Shown here: one piece after another, positions 11,401 through 26,584 of the stretch
Layout of the letters: the number at the start of each line of letters is the position of its first letter
How positions within the stretch are numbered: position 1 is the stretch's first letter
Assembly: GCA_964016885.1 (NCBI GenBank)
Contig: OZ024753.1
Location: forward strand, 9,796,001 to 9,860,000
Length of the DNA: 64,000 nt
Source of the DNA: Eledone cirrhosa
Lineage: Eukaryota
Direction: 5' to 3'
Made by a program: the position numbers and the translations under genes
Notes under the pieces: generated by a model
What the model saw: only the letters and a program-made list of their open reading frames with translations
What the model was told of the DNA's origin: nothing
Databases searched by the model: none

Positions 11401-12684
11401 TACTTCTCCGAATTGAAATATCACAGCTCCGATACTATGGGCATGTGGTTAGAATGTCTCAGGAAAAAATTGCTGGACAGATTTGTAGCTTGGCGATCAG
11501 AGAGTCACTCCAGGTAGAGCCGCTACTTCTCCGAATTGAAATATCACAGCTCCGATACTATGAGCATGTGATTAGAATGTCTCAGGAAAAAATTGCTAGA
11601 CAGATTTGTAGCTTGGAGATCAGAGAGTCACTCCAGGTAGAGCCGCTACTTCTCCGAATTGAAATATCACAGCTCCGATACTATGAGCATGTGATTAGAA
11701 TGTCTCAGGAAAAAATTGCTAGACAGATTTGTAGCTTGGAGATCAGAGAGTCACTCCAGGTAGAGCCGCTACTTCTCCGAATTGAAATATCACAGCTCCG
11801 ATACGATGAGCATGTGGTTAGAATGTCTCAGGAAAAAATTGCTGGACAGATTTGTAGCTTGGAGATCAGAGAGTCACTCCAGGTAGAGCCGCTACTTCTC
11901 CGAATTGAAATATCACAGCTCCGATACTATGAGCATGTGATTAGAATGTCTCAGGAAAAAATTGCTGGACAGATTTGTAGCTTGGAGATCAGAGAGTCAC
12001 TCCAGGTAGAGCCGCTACTTCTCCGAATTGAAATATCACAGCTCCGATACTATGAGCATGTGATTAGAATGTCTCAGGAAAAAATTGCTGGACAGATTTG
12101 TAGCTTGGCGATCAGAGAGTCACTCCAGGTAGAGCCGCTACTTCTCCGAATTGAAATATCACAGCTCCGATACTATGAGCATGTGATTAGAATGTCTCAG
12201 GAAAAAATTGCTGGACAGATTTGTAGCTTGGAGATCAGAGAGTCACTCCAGGTAGAGCCGCTACTTCTCCGAATTGAAATATCACAGCTCCGATACTATG
12301 AGCATGTGATTAGAATGTCTCAGGAAAAAATTGCTGGACAGATTTGTAGCTTGGAGATCAGAGAGTCACTCCAGGTAGAGCCGCTACTTCTCCGAATTGA
12401 AATATCACAGCTCCGATACTATGAGCATGTGATTAGAATGTCTCAGGAAAAAATTGCTGGACAGATTTGTAGCTTGGCGATCAGAGAGTCACTCCAGGTA
12501 GAGCCGCTACTTCTCCGAATTGAAATATCACAGCTCCGATACTATGAGCATGTGATTAGAATGTCTCAGGAAAAAATTGCTGGACAGATTTGTAGCTTGG
12601 AGATCAGAGAGTCACTCCAGGTAGAGCCGCTACTTCTCCGAATTGAAATATCACAGCTCCGATACTATGGGCATGTGATTAGAA
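8465..12684 (+). repeat. 111-bp tandem array (~38 units) derived from an RTE-clade LINE ORF C-terminus; open as a 1417-aa repetitive frame
   Basis: The 37-aa unit IRESLQVEPLLLRIEISQLRYYGHVVRM.. matches the RTE/Rex3 motif IREELGVEPLLL.IERSQLRWFGH..RM. Units differ at only about 5 sites. Confidence 0.9.
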
Positions 12685-12980
12685 ATATGGCTTTTGGGGG
12701 GTATTTTTATCCTGGGGGAGCCCATTTCCTGTCCAGGTCTGAGTAAAGAAGATTTCTTCCAAAGAAGGATAGAAAGTGTGATAGAGGGGGGGGGGGGGGA
12801 GAAAGAAAGAGATATAGAAGAACAGTCGACCCCAGAACTAGACTGGTACTTCTTTTATCGACTTCGGAATGATGACAGGCAACGTTTACCTCGGTGGGAT
12901 TTGAACTCGAACTCAAAGAGCAAAGAGTCGGAACGAATACCACAGAACACTCTTTCCGACGCTCTAGCGACTCTGCCAAT
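12685..12980 (-). mobile_element. SINE family A variant with long 3' extension
   Basis: Reverse complement of the element at 27410-27720. Confidence 0.7.
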
Positions 12981-13385
12981 TCGTCGTCTTACGGAAGTCA
13001 GTATAGATTGGTTAATTTTTCAAACACCAAAATGAGGACGAGGACGTGGTTGGTAGGTGGTAGGATCTAAGCTTTATATAACTTGCATCCTGGTTGTACC
13101 ATACACAACCAATGCCTATGGATAATAGGATCATACGTCAGTATATTTATATATAATCCTTATATTTGTAACTTTATCTCTCAAGAAATTAATATGCCAA
13201 TAAACTATACACGGCTGTATTATTTGTCATATCACATTACAAATATTGTTGGAAATTGTAGCTTATCGAGGCCGCACGTTATTTTAGTATTTTATAAATG
13301 AATGAGTGATTTTTCTGTAAAGAATTGGTATTTTCATTGATTGACTTACGAGAGTTAGCTGAAAAGTTCATAGATTGTTTATGAA

Positions 13386-13824
13386 GGAGAGATGCTAGTG
13401 CTGTGAAATCTTGCATGCATTCATTCCAACTCTTCTTATTAATAACTGCTTTGTTTCTTTCCAAGGAGTATGTTGAAAAATAAACCTCATTTGGTCATTC
13501 CATGAGAGTATCTTGGTCATAGGCTGACTAGGAAGGAGAGATGCTAGAGCTGTGAAATCTTGGATGCATTAATTCCAACTCTTCTTATTAATAAACCGCT
13601 TTGTTTCTTTCCAAGGACTATGTTGAAAACTAAACCTCATTTGGTCATTCCATGAGAGTATCTTGGTCAGGCTATGAACTTTTCAGCCTATATAGGAACG
13701 ATGCTAGAGCTGTAAAATCTTGGATGCATTAATTCCAACTCTTCTTATTAATAACTGCATTGTTTCTTTCCAGGGACTATGTTGAAAAATAAACCTCGTT
13801 TGGTCATTCCATGAGAGTATCTTG
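13386..13824. repeat. Three direct copies of a ~135-bp unit
   Basis: GATGCTAGAGCTGTGAAATCTTGGATGCATT..CATGAGAGTATCTTGG at about 13390, 13540 and 13700. Confidence 0.85.
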
Positions 13825-13825
13825 G

Positions 13826-14636
13826 GACTTTATTTTATCAACCCCGTAAGGATGAAAGGCAAAGTTAACCTCGACGGCATTTGAACCCAGAACGTAAAGG
13901 GATGTAACTCTATGTCGCAATACATGTTGTCCGACGCTCTACCGATTAATGCTTATCCACCGCCCTTGTCGCCTTTAATAATAATTCTTCCTACTTTTGG
14001 CACAAGGCCAGCAATTACCCCAGTGTATTACTGGTACTTTATTTTATCAACCCCGTAAGGATGAAAGGCAAAGTTAACCTCGACGGCATTTGAACCCGGG
14101 TCCATAAAGGGCCGTAACTCTTCGCTGTAAAGCCTGCTGTCCGACGCTCTACCGATACTGCTAATTCACCACACTAGCCGCCCTTAATAATAATAATAAT
14201 AATTGTTTCTACTTTAGGCACAAGGCCAGCAATTACCCAGTGCATTACTGGTACTTTATTTTATCGACCCCGTAAGGATGAAAGGTAAAATCAACCTCGG
14301 CGGGATTTGAACTCAGATCGTACAGGGACATAACTATGCTGGAAAGCATGGCGTCTGACCCTCTACCGATACTGCCAATCCACCATAATAATAATTGTTT
14401 CTACTTTAGGCACAAGGCCAGCAATTACCCAGTACGTTACTGGTACTTTATTTTATCGACCCCGTAAGGATGAAAGGTAAAGTCAACCTCGGCGGGATTT
14501 GAACTCAGATCGTACAGGGACATAACTATGCTGGAAAGCATGGCGTCTGACCCTCTACCGATACTGCCAATCCACCATAATAATAATTGTTTCTACTTTA
14601 GGCACAAGGCCAGCAATTACCCAGTACATTACTGGT
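13826..14636 (-). mobile_element. Head-to-tail cluster of 5 SINE family A copies, including a near-perfect ~188-bp tandem duplication
   Basis: Repeated TTGTTTCTACTTTAGGCACAAGGCCAGCAATTACCCAGT..GGATTTGAACTC. Confidence 0.9.
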
Positions 14637-14929
14637 AATAATAATGATTTCATTTATTAGCCACAAGGGCCGACATGTAGGGGACAATAATGACAGTAAT
14701 AGATTAAATTAAAACGCAAAAGAAAAATCCAAAGAAAACCAAAACAGAAATAAAACAATATAAAATCGATAATCAATTCTATGTTTCATCATAACAAAAC
14801 ACTCGGCTCCCACGAAATATTCAAACAGTTCTTTCATTTTTGACATACTTAATAGAGAACCGCATCTCTTTTGCTAACTATTTCCGGTACATATGATGAA
14901 ATTCTTTCATATTGCCATCTTCATTTTAT

Positions 14930-16895
<1,966 letters not shown>

Positions 16896-16999
16896 AATAA
16901 AGGTAAACTCACAATACATATTGTTGAATTTGGCCGAACTAACAGCAACTATATTTGTTCAGAGTTGCTTAAATTAATGGCAGAAATGACATAACGATA

Positions 17000-17194
17000 G
17001 GTTGGTTGTTGTTATGATGGTGGTGGTGGTGGTGGTGGTGGTTAGTTGTGGTTGGTTGTGGTAGTGTTGATAATGATGGTGGTGGTATTGGTGATGGTCG
17101 TGGTGGTGGTGGTGGTGGTGTTGTTGGTGGTGGTGGTGGTGGTAGTATAGTAGTAGTGGTGGTAATAGTAGTAGTAGATCTTGTGGTGGTGGTG

Positions 17195-17227
<33 letters not shown>

Positions 17228-17258
17228 ATACTGGTGATGGTAGTAGTAGTAGTAGTAA

Positions 17259-17299
<41 letters not shown>

Positions 17300-18492
17300 A
17301 TGGTGCTGCCGCAGAAGAGGAGGCTAGGTACAATGCCAGTGACGACCATAATGGTGATTAGATTAGAGATCATATCGATGATAAAGAATTTAATTTTCTT
17401 CTGTTTGTCATAGCAGCCTTTGTGATGGAACACAGAATCTGTTGATGTTCAAGTTGAAAGTAGAGAGAGTTGCTCACGTCGTTTCAGAGTGCAAGTACAT
17501 AGAAAAGGTCAGACATGGTATGGTGGCTACCATTGTTACACTGGAGCTTGTGTAAACTGTATGGATCGCCATGTGTAGAACACAATCTACAAACATGGTG
17601 CCAGCATGCACCATTATCACCACAAACATCATCAACAACAACAACACCACAAACAACAACAACAACACCACCACCACCATCACCAACAACAACAACACCA
17701 CCACCACCACAAGCAACACCACCAACAACAACCACCACCACCAACACCACCACAAGCACAAACAACAACACTACTGCCACCACCAACACCACCACTACCA
17801 AGACCCCCACCAACACCACCACCACCACCACCACCAGCACAAACAACAACAACACTACTGCCACCACCAACACCACCACTACCAACACCCCCACCAACAC
17901 CACCACCACCAGCACAAACAACAACAACACTACTGCCACCACCAACACCACCACTACCAACACCAACACCACCACCACCAGCACAAACAACAACAACACT
18001 ACTGCCACCACCAACACCACCACTACCAACACCCCCCACCAACACCACCACCACCAGCACCAGCACAAACAACAACAACACTACTGCCACCACCACTACT
18101 AACACCCCCACCAACACCAACACCACAATCAACATCATCAACACCAACACCAACACTAACATCACCACCAACACCACCACCGTCACCACAAGCACAACAA
18201 CGACAACACTACTGCCACCACCAACACCACCACTACCAACACCACCACCAACACCACCACCACCACAAGTACAACAACAACAACACTACTGCCACCACCA
18301 ACACCCCCACCAACACCACCACCACCACCACCACCACAATCAACACCACCAACACCAACACTAACATCACCACCAACAACACTACCGCCACCACAAGCAC
18401 AACAACGACAACAACACCATAACTAACCACCACAATCAACACCATCAACACCACCACCATCACTACCGCCAACACAAGCCCCAGCAGCAGCA
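17000..18492. repeat. (GGT/GTA)n then (CAC/CAA)n trinucleotide low-complexity region
   Basis: Read directly; includes a ~60-bp higher-order repeat ACAAACAACAACACTACTGCCACCACCAACACC. Confidence 0.85.
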
Positions 18493-21400
18493 CCAAGGAG
18501 GTGGGGTGTTGTAGGAAAAGCCACTGTCAACCAGGGAGGTGGGGTGTTGTAGGAAAAGCCACTGTCAACCAGGGAGGTGGGGTGTTGTAGGAAAAGCCAC
18601 TGTCAACCAGGGAGGTGGGGTGTTGTAGGAAAAGCCACTGTCTACCAAGGAGGTGGGGTGTTGTAGGAAAAGCCACTGTCAACCAGGGAGGTGGGGTGTT
18701 GTAGGAAAAGCCACTGTCAACCAGGGAGGTGGGGTGTTGTAGGAAAAGCCACTGTCTACCAAGGAGGTGGGGTGTTGTAGGAAAAGCCACTGTCAACCAG
18801 GGAGGTGGGGTGTTGTAGGAAAAGCCACTGTCAACCAGGGAGGTGGGGTGTTGTAGGAAAAGCCACTGTCTACCAAGGAGGTGGGGTGTTGTAGGAAAAG
18901 CCACTGTCAACCAGGGAGGTGGGGTGTTGTAGGAAAAGCCACTGTCAACCAAGGAGGTGGGGTGTTGTAGGAAAAGCCACCGTCAACCAGGGAGGTGGGG
19001 TGTTGTAGGAAAAGCCACTGTCAACCAAGGAGGTGGGGTGTTGTAGGAAAAGCCACCGTCAACCAAGGAGGTGGGGTGTTGTAGGAAAAGCCACTGTCAA
19101 CCAAGGAGGTGGGGTGTTGTAGGAAAAGCCACTGTCAACCAGGGAGGTGGGGTGTTGTAGGAAAAGCCACTGTCAACCAGGGAGGTGGGGTGTTGTAGGA
19201 AAAGCCACTGTCAACCAGGGAGGTGGGGTGTTGTAGGAAAAGCCACTGTCAACCAGGGAGGTGGGGGTGTTGTAGGAAAAGCCACTGTCTACCAAGGAGG
19301 TGGGGTGTTGTAGGAAAAGCCACTGTCAACCAGGGAGGTGGGGTGTTGTAGGAAAAGCCACTGTCAACCAGGGAGGTGGGGTGTTGTAGGAAAAGCCACT
19401 GTCAACCAGGGAGGTGGGGTGTTGTAGGAAAAGCCACTGTCAACCAGGGAGGTGGGGTGTTGTAGGAAAAGCCACTGTCAACCAGGGAGGTGGGGGTGTT
19501 GTAGGAAAAGCCACTGTCTACCAAGGAGGTGGGGTGTTGTAGGAAAAGCCACTGTCAACCAGGGAGGTGGGGTGTTGTAGGAAAAGCCACTGTCAACCAG
19601 GGAGGTGGGGTGTTGTAGGAAAAGCCACTGTCAACCAGGGAGGTGGGGTGTTGTAGGAAAAGCCACTGTCAACCAGGGAGGTGGGGTGTTGTAGGAAAAG
19701 CCACTGTCAACCAGGGAGGTGGGGGTGTTGTAGGAAAAGCCACTGTCTACCAAGGAGGTGGGGTGTTGTAGGAAAAGCCACTGTCAACCAGGGAGGTGGG
19801 GTGTTGTAGGAAAAGCCACTGTCAACCAGGGAGGTGGGGTGTTGTAGGAAAAGCCACTGTCAACCAGGGAGGTGGGGTGTTGTAGGAAAAGCCACTGTCA
19901 ACCAGGGAGGTGGGGGTGTTGTAGGAAAAGCCACTGTCTACCAAGGAGGTGGGGTGTTGTAGGAAAAGCCACTGTCAACCAGGGAGGTGGGGTGTTGTAG
20001 GAAAAGCCACTGTCTACCAAGGAGGTGGGGTGTTGTAGGAAAAGCCACTGTCAACCAGGGAGGTGGGGTGTTGTAGGAAAAGCCACCGTCAACCAGGGAG
20101 GTGGGGTGTTGTAGGAAAAGCCACTGTCTACCAAGGAGGTGGGGTGTTGTAGGAAAAGCCACTGTCTACCAAGGAGGTGGGGTGTTGTAGGAAAAGCCAC
20201 TGTCAACCAGGGAGGTGGGGTGTTGTAGGAAAAGCCACCGTCAACCAGGGAGGTGGGGTGTTGTAGGAAAAGCCACTGTCTACCAAGGAGGTGGGGTGTT
20301 GTAGGAAAAGCCACTGTCAACCAGGGAGGTGGGGTATTGTAGGAAAAGCCACTGTCAACCAGGGAGGTGGGGTGTTGTAGGAAAAGCCACCGTCAACCAG
20401 GGAGGTGGGGTGTTGTAGGAAAAGCCACTGTCAACCAGGGAGGTGGGGTGTTGTAGGAAAAGCCACTGTCAACCAGGGAGGTGGGGTGTTGTAGGAAAAG
20501 CCACTGTCAACCAGGGAGGTGGGGTGTTGTAGGAAAAGCCACCGTCAACCAGGGAGGTGGGGTGTTGTAGGAAAAGCCACTGTCAACCAGGGAGGTGGGG
20601 TGTTGTAGGAAAAGCCACTGTCAACCAGGGAGGTGGGGTGTTGTAGGAAAAGCCACTGTCAACCAGGGAGGTGGGGTGTTGTAGGAAAAGCCACCGTCAA
20701 CCAGGGAGGTGGGGTGTTGTAGGAAAAGCCACTGTCAACCAGGGAGGTGGGGTGTTGTAGGAAAAGCCACCGTCAACCAGGGAGGTGGGGTGTTGTAGGA
20801 AAAGCCACTGTCAACCAGGGAGGTGGGGTGTTGTAGGAAAAGCCACTGTCTACCAAGGAGGTGGGGTGTTGTAGGAAAAGCCACTGTCAACCAGGGAGGT
20901 GGGGTGTTGTAGGAAAAGCCACTGTCAACCAGGGAGGTGGGGTGTTGTAGGAAAAGCCACTGTCTACCAAGGAGGTGGGGTGTTGTAGGAAAAGCCACTG
21001 TCAACCAGGGAGGTGGGGTGTTGTAGGAAAAGCCACTGTCTACCAGGGAGGTGGGGTGTTGTAGGAAAAGCCACTGTCTACCAAGGAGGTGGGGTGTTGT
21101 AGGAAAAGCCACTGTCAACCAAGGAGGTGGGGTGTTGTAGGAAAAGCCACTGTCAACCAGGGAGGTGGGGTGTTGTAGGAAAAGCCACTGTCTACCAAGG
21201 AGGTGGGGTGTTGTAGGAAAAGCCACTGTCAACCAGGGAGGTGGGGTGTTGTAGGAAAAGCCACTGTCTACCAGGGAGGTGGGGTGTTGTAGGAAAAGCC
21301 ACTGTCTACCAAGGAGGTGGGGTGTTGTAGGAAAAGCCACTGTCAACCAAGGAGGTGGGGTGTTGTAGGAAAAGCCACTGTCAACCAGGGAGGTGGGGTG

Positions 21401-24400
21401 TTGTAGGAAAAGCCACTGTCTACCAAGGAGGTGGGGTGTTGTAGGAAAAGCCACTGTCAACCAGGGAGGTGGGGTGTTGTAGGAAAAGCCACTGTCTACC
21501 AGGGAGGTGGGGTGTTGTAGGAAAAGCCACTGTCAACCAAGGAGGTGGGGTGTTGTAGGAAAAGCCACTGTCAACCAGGGAGGTGGGGTGTTGTAGGAAA
21601 AGCCACTGTCTACCAAGGAGGTGGGGTGTTGTAGGAAAAGCCACTGTCAACCAGGGAGGTGGGGTGTTGTAGGAAAAGCCACTGTCTACCAGGGAGGTGG
21701 GGTGTTGTAGGAAAAGCCACTGTCTACCAAGGAGGTGGGGTGTTGTAGGAAAAGCCACTGTCTACCAAGGAGGTGGGGTGTTGTAGGAAAAGCCACTGTC
21801 AACCAGGGAGGTGGGGTGTTGTAGGAAAAGCCACTGTCTACCAGGGAGGTGGGGTGTTGTAGGAAAAGCCACTGTCAACCAAGGAGGTGGGGTGTTGTAG
21901 GAAAAGCCACTGTCAACCAGGGAGGTGGGGTGTTGTAGGAAAAGCCACTGTCTACCAAGGAGGTGGGGTGTTGTAGGAAAAGCCACTGTCAACCAGGGAG
22001 GTGGGGTGTTGTAGGAAAAGCCACTGTCTACCAGGGAGGTGGGGTGTTGTAGGAAAAGCCACTGTCTACCAAGGAGGTGGGGTGTTGTAGGAAAAGCCAC
22101 TGTCTACCAAGGAGGTGGGGTGTTGTAGGAAAAGCCACTGTCAACCAGGGAGGTGGGGTGTTGTAGGAAAAGCCACTGTCTACCAGGGAGGTGGGGTGTT
22201 GTAGGAAAAGCCACTGTCTACCAAGGAGGTGGGGTGTTGTAGGAAAAGCCACTGTCTACCAAGGAGGTGGGGTGTTGTAGGAAAAGCCACTGTCAACCAG
22301 GGAGGTGGGGTGTTGTAGGAAAAGCCACTGTCTACCAGGGAGGTGGGGTGTTGTAGGAAAAGCCACTGTCAACCAAGGAGGTGGGGTGTTGTAGGAAAAG
22401 CCACTGTCAACCAGGGAGGTGGGGTGTTGTAGGAAAAGCCACTGTCTACCAAGGAGGTGGGGTGTTGTAGGAAAAGCCACTGTCAACCAGGGAGGTGGGG
22501 TGTTGTAGGAAAAGCCACTGTCTACCAGGGAGGTGGGGTGTTGTAGGAAAAGCCACTGTCTACCAAGGAGGTGGGGTGTTGTAGGAAAAGCCACTGTCTA
22601 CCAAGGAGGTGGGGTGTTGTAGGAAAAGCCACTGTCAACCAGGGAGGTGGGGTGTTGTAGGAAAAGCCACTGTCAACCAGGGAGGTGGGGTGTTGTAGGA
22701 AAAGCCACTGTCTACCAAGGAGGTGGGGTGTTGTAGGAAAAGCCACTGTCAACCAAGGAGGTGGGGTGTTGTAGGAAAAGCCACTGTCAACCAGGGAGGT
22801 GGGGTGTTGTAGGAAAAGCCACTGTCAACCAGGGAGGTGGGGTGTTGTAGGAAAAGCCACTGTCAACCAGGGAGGTGGGGTGTTGTAGGAAAAGCCACTG
22901 TCAACCAGGGAGGTGGGGTGTTGTAGGAAAAGCCACTGTCAACCAGGGAGGTGGGGTGTTGTAGGAAAAGCCACTGTCAACCAGGGAGGTGGGGTGTTGT
23001 AGGAAAAGCCACTGTCAACCAAGGAGGTGGGGTGTTGTAGGAAAAGCCACTGTCAACCAGGGAGGTGGGGTGTTGTAGGAAAAGCCACTGTCTACCAAGG
23101 AGGTGGGGTGTTGTAGGAAAAGCCACTGTCAACCAAGGAGGTGGGGTGTTGTAGGAAAAGCCACTGTCAACCAAGGAGGTGGGGTGTTGTAGGAAAAGCC
23201 ACTGTCTACCAGGGAGGTGGGGTGTTGTAGGAAAAGCCACTGTCAACCAAGGAGGTGGGGTGTTGTAGGAAAAGCCACTGTCAACCAAGGAGGTGGGGTG
23301 TTGTAGGAAAAGCCACTGTCTACCAGGGAGGTGGGGTGTTGTAGGAAAAGCCACTGTCTACCAGGGAGGTGGGGTGTTGTAGGAAAAGCCACTGTCTACC
23401 AGGGAGGTGGGGTGTTGTAGGAAAAGCCACTGTCTACCAGGGAGGTGGGGTGTTGTAGGAAAAGCCACTGTCAACCAGGGAGGTGGGGTGTTGTAGGAAA
23501 AGCCACTGTCTACCAGGGAGGTGGGGTGTTGTAGGAAAAGCCACTGTCAACCAGGGAGGTGGGGTGTTGTAGGAAAAGCCACTGTCAACCAGGGAGGTGG
23601 GGTGTTGTAGGAAAAGCCACTGTCAACCAGGGAGGTGGGGTGTTGTAGGAAAAGCCACCGTCAACCAGGGAGGTGGGGTGTTGTAGGAAAAGCCACCGTC
23701 AACCAGGGAGGTGGGGTGTTGTAGGAAAAGCCACTGTCAACCAGGGAGGTGGGGTGTTGTAGGAAAAGCCACTGTCAACCAGGGAGGTGGGGTGTTGTAG
23801 GAAAAGCCACTGTCTACCAGGGAGGTGGGGTGTTGTAGGAAAAGCCACTGTCTACCAGGGAGGTGGGGTGTTGTAGGAAAAGCCACTGTCAACCAGGGAG
23901 GTGGGGTGTTGTAGGAAAAGCCACTGTCAACCAGGGAGGTGGGGTGTTGTAGGAAAAGCCACTGTCAACCAGGGAGGTGGGGTGTTGTAGGAAAAGCCAC
24001 CGTCAACCAGGGAGGTGGGGTGTTGTAGGAAAAGCCACCGTCAACCAGGGAGGTGGGGTGTTGTAGGAAAAGCCACTGTCAACCAGGGAGGTGGGGTGTT
24101 GTAGGAAAAGCCACTGTCAACCAGGGAGGTGGGGTGTTGTAGGAAAAGCCACTGTCTACCAGGGAGGTGGGGTGTTGTAGGAAAAGCCACTGTCTACCAG
24201 GGAGGTGGGGTGTTGTAGGAAAAGCCACTGTCAACCAGGGAGGTGGGGTGTTGTAGGAAAAGCCACTGTCAACCAGGGAGGTGGGGTGTTGTAGGAAAAG
24301 CCACTGTCAACCAGGGAGGTGGGGTGTTGTAGGAAAAGCCACCGTCAACCAGGGAGGTGGGGTGTTGTAGGAAAAGCCACTGTCTACCAAGGAGGTGGGG

Positions 24401-24940
24401 TGTTGTAGGAAAAGCCACTGTCAACCAGGGAGGTGGGGTGTTGTAGGAAAAGCCACTGTCTACCAAGGAGGTGGGGTGTTGTAGGAAAAGCCACTGTCAA
24501 CCAGGGAGGTGGGGTGTTGTAGGAAAAGCCACTGTCTACCAAGGAGGTGGGGTGTTGTAGGAAAAGCCACCGTCAACCAGGGAGGTGGGGTGTTGTAGGA
24601 AAAGCCACTGTCAACCAGGGAGGTGGGGTGTTGTAGGAAAAGCCACTGTCAACCAAGGAGGTGGGGTGTTGTAGGAAAAGCCACTGTCAACCAGGGAGGT
24701 GGGGTGTTGTAGGAAAAGCCACTGTCAACCAGGGAGGTGGGGTATTGTAGGAAAAGCCACTGTCAACCAGGGAGGTGGGGTGTTGTAGGAAAAGCCACTG
24801 TCAACCAGGGAGGTGGGGTGTTGTAGGAAAAGCCACTGTCAACCAGGGAGGTGGGGTGTTGTAGGAAAAGCCACTGTCAACCAAGGAGGTGGGGTGTTGT
24901 AGGAAAAGCCACTGTCAACCAGGGAGGTGGGGTATTGTAG
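18493..24940. repeat. 38-bp G-rich minisatellite, ~170 copies (CCAGGGAGGTGGGGTGTTGTAGGAAAAGCCACTGTCAA)
   Basis: Uninterrupted tandem units without spacers. Variants TCA/TCT, CCAG/CCAA, CACT/CACC and occasional G5. Confidence 0.97.
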
Positions 24941-25075
24941 GATCTCAGCTCTCATTCTCTCCTTCGGAAGATATCCGCTGTGTTCGGATCTAGAGGGTGG
25001 GCTCCATCTGGTTTAAAATACCCCCAAGAAACACCATATGTCACTACGGCACCTCTACGACCCCCATCAAGAGTT
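24941..25075 (+). mobile_element. Fragment of the SINE 3' extension seen at 27580-27720
   Basis: GGTTTAAAATACCCCCAAGAAACACCATATGTCACTACGGCACCTCTACGAC is similar to GGTTTTAAATGACCAAGAAACGCCGTATGTCAATATGGCGCCTCTACGAC. Confidence 0.65.
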
Positions 25076-25257
25076 CATCCGTTTATTCCTGAGAGGGTCG
25101 TGGTCGCAGAGCCTTCAAACACTCCCTCCAACGGGTCCTGTCAGAAGCAACCGTCCCCAACTGATCCGGCTGGATCCGCAAGCGTGACCAGCCGAGCTAG
25201 GGGTCGACCCCCTGGGTCTCTTGCCGGTTGGAGTTAACGTGTCTATAGGTAAATAAA

Positions 25258-25446
25258 CAATTGTTTCTACTTTAGGCACAAGGCCGGCAACCACCCAGTG
25301 CATTACTGGTACTTTATTTTATCGACCCCGTAAGGATGAAAGGCAAAGTCAACCTCGGCGGGATTTGAACTCAGATCCTAAAGGGACGTAATATGCTGGG
25401 AAGCATGACGTCCGACCCTCTACCGATACTGCCAATCCACCGCCCC
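25258..25446 (-). mobile_element. SINE family A, full length
   Basis: Family consensus; flanked by the direct repeat CTATAGGTAAATAAA (putative TSD). Confidence 0.9.
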
Positions 25447-25590
25447 TATAGGTAAATAAATAATATCATGGATAAGTAAGTGTGTTTTTGAAACAGCGAG
25501 CGAATTTGAAATTAGAAATAGAAGCTTTCGCCGTATTTTTTTTTACTAAAGAAATTTTAGCCTGATAGTGGGGTTTAGAACTCTCTAAGA

Positions 25591-25868
25591 CAGGCATGTG
25601 CAACCTTTTTGGGGAAGCTGGCCGCATGAGATATGGCTCATCATCAGACGGGCCGCAAGCGCTAATTTAGATTCGTGCCCACATTAAAAACAAAGGTTGT
25701 TTTGATTTGTTTCTTCAGAATTCATACACGTTGTTTTCCTCGATCGTGAAAATGATAGAAAGATAAATTACGACTGAAAAGTTGGGGTAAAAAATCAGAA
25801 AGATTTCACTTGGGTGACTTAGGCGAACCATTCAGAAAGCTTCGCGGACCGCAGGTTGCCCATGACTG
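25591..25868. mobile_element. hAT-type MITE
   Basis: TIRs CAGGCATGTGCAACC / GGTTGCCCATGACTG; perfect 8-bp TSD CTCTAAGA at 25583-25590 and 25869-25876. Confidence 0.9.
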
Positions 25869-26584
25869 CTCTAAGAAATGGAAAAAGATGATTATTGCCG
25901 TAAATGGTTTGTATTATCTTCAAGAGTTCACCTCAACTCTCAACTCCAATAATTATAAGCACAGTTATTCACGTAATAATTCTATAATTTTAAAAACAAT
26001 GACCATTTCATCTTCTTTATATTTTATCTTACGTGTATCTAACGCAGCTCATAAACGAATTTTGTTGTTGCTGTTGTTGTTTTCTTTCTAAATAGAAATA
26101 TTAATGATATTAATATAAATTCCTGCTTTCTTTTCACAGCGAAAAACATTCCAAGCTGGTATGTCTTCTTGTCTTATATTTACGACGTTAATAAAGCCCA
26201 CACATTTTCTAAACTTCTATTCAACATCAAAGCCAAGTAATCTTCAGTCAGTTTTAGAGAAATCCAATTTCCAGTATTCTGTGCTGTGTTAGTGAGTTAG
26301 GTAAAAAGTAATCCAAACAGGCTTATTGAGAATATCAACTCAGGTGAAATACGCGCCACATATAATTTATGCAGCACCACTGTTGAAAAAGAGATGCCTT
26401 TGCTGGTTCTATATTAATGTAGTCTTCACTATAATGGTATAGTACATATTTTTGTGTGGGAGGGTAAAAAAATATACTACAAAAATAAGTTATTAGAGAC
26501 GAAGTAGTTATTGCAGTTTACATTCATTACCAATATTTACACACACACACAAGCACACACACACACACACACATCAAGCATAAT

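Noticed and set aside
8493-12746. 1417-aa ORF as a genuine repeat-protein gene
   Set aside because: It is a tandem amplification of an RTE LINE fragment, with only non-synonymous variants and no unique N- or C-terminal domain.
17515-18422. Mucin-like Thr-rich or His/Gln-rich protein
   Set aside because: Trinucleotide low-complexity sequence, open in several frames on both strands, with no splice or domain support.
18493-24940. CRISPR array
   Set aside because: The 38-bp units are contiguous with no unique spacers, there are no cas genes, and the context is eukaryotic.
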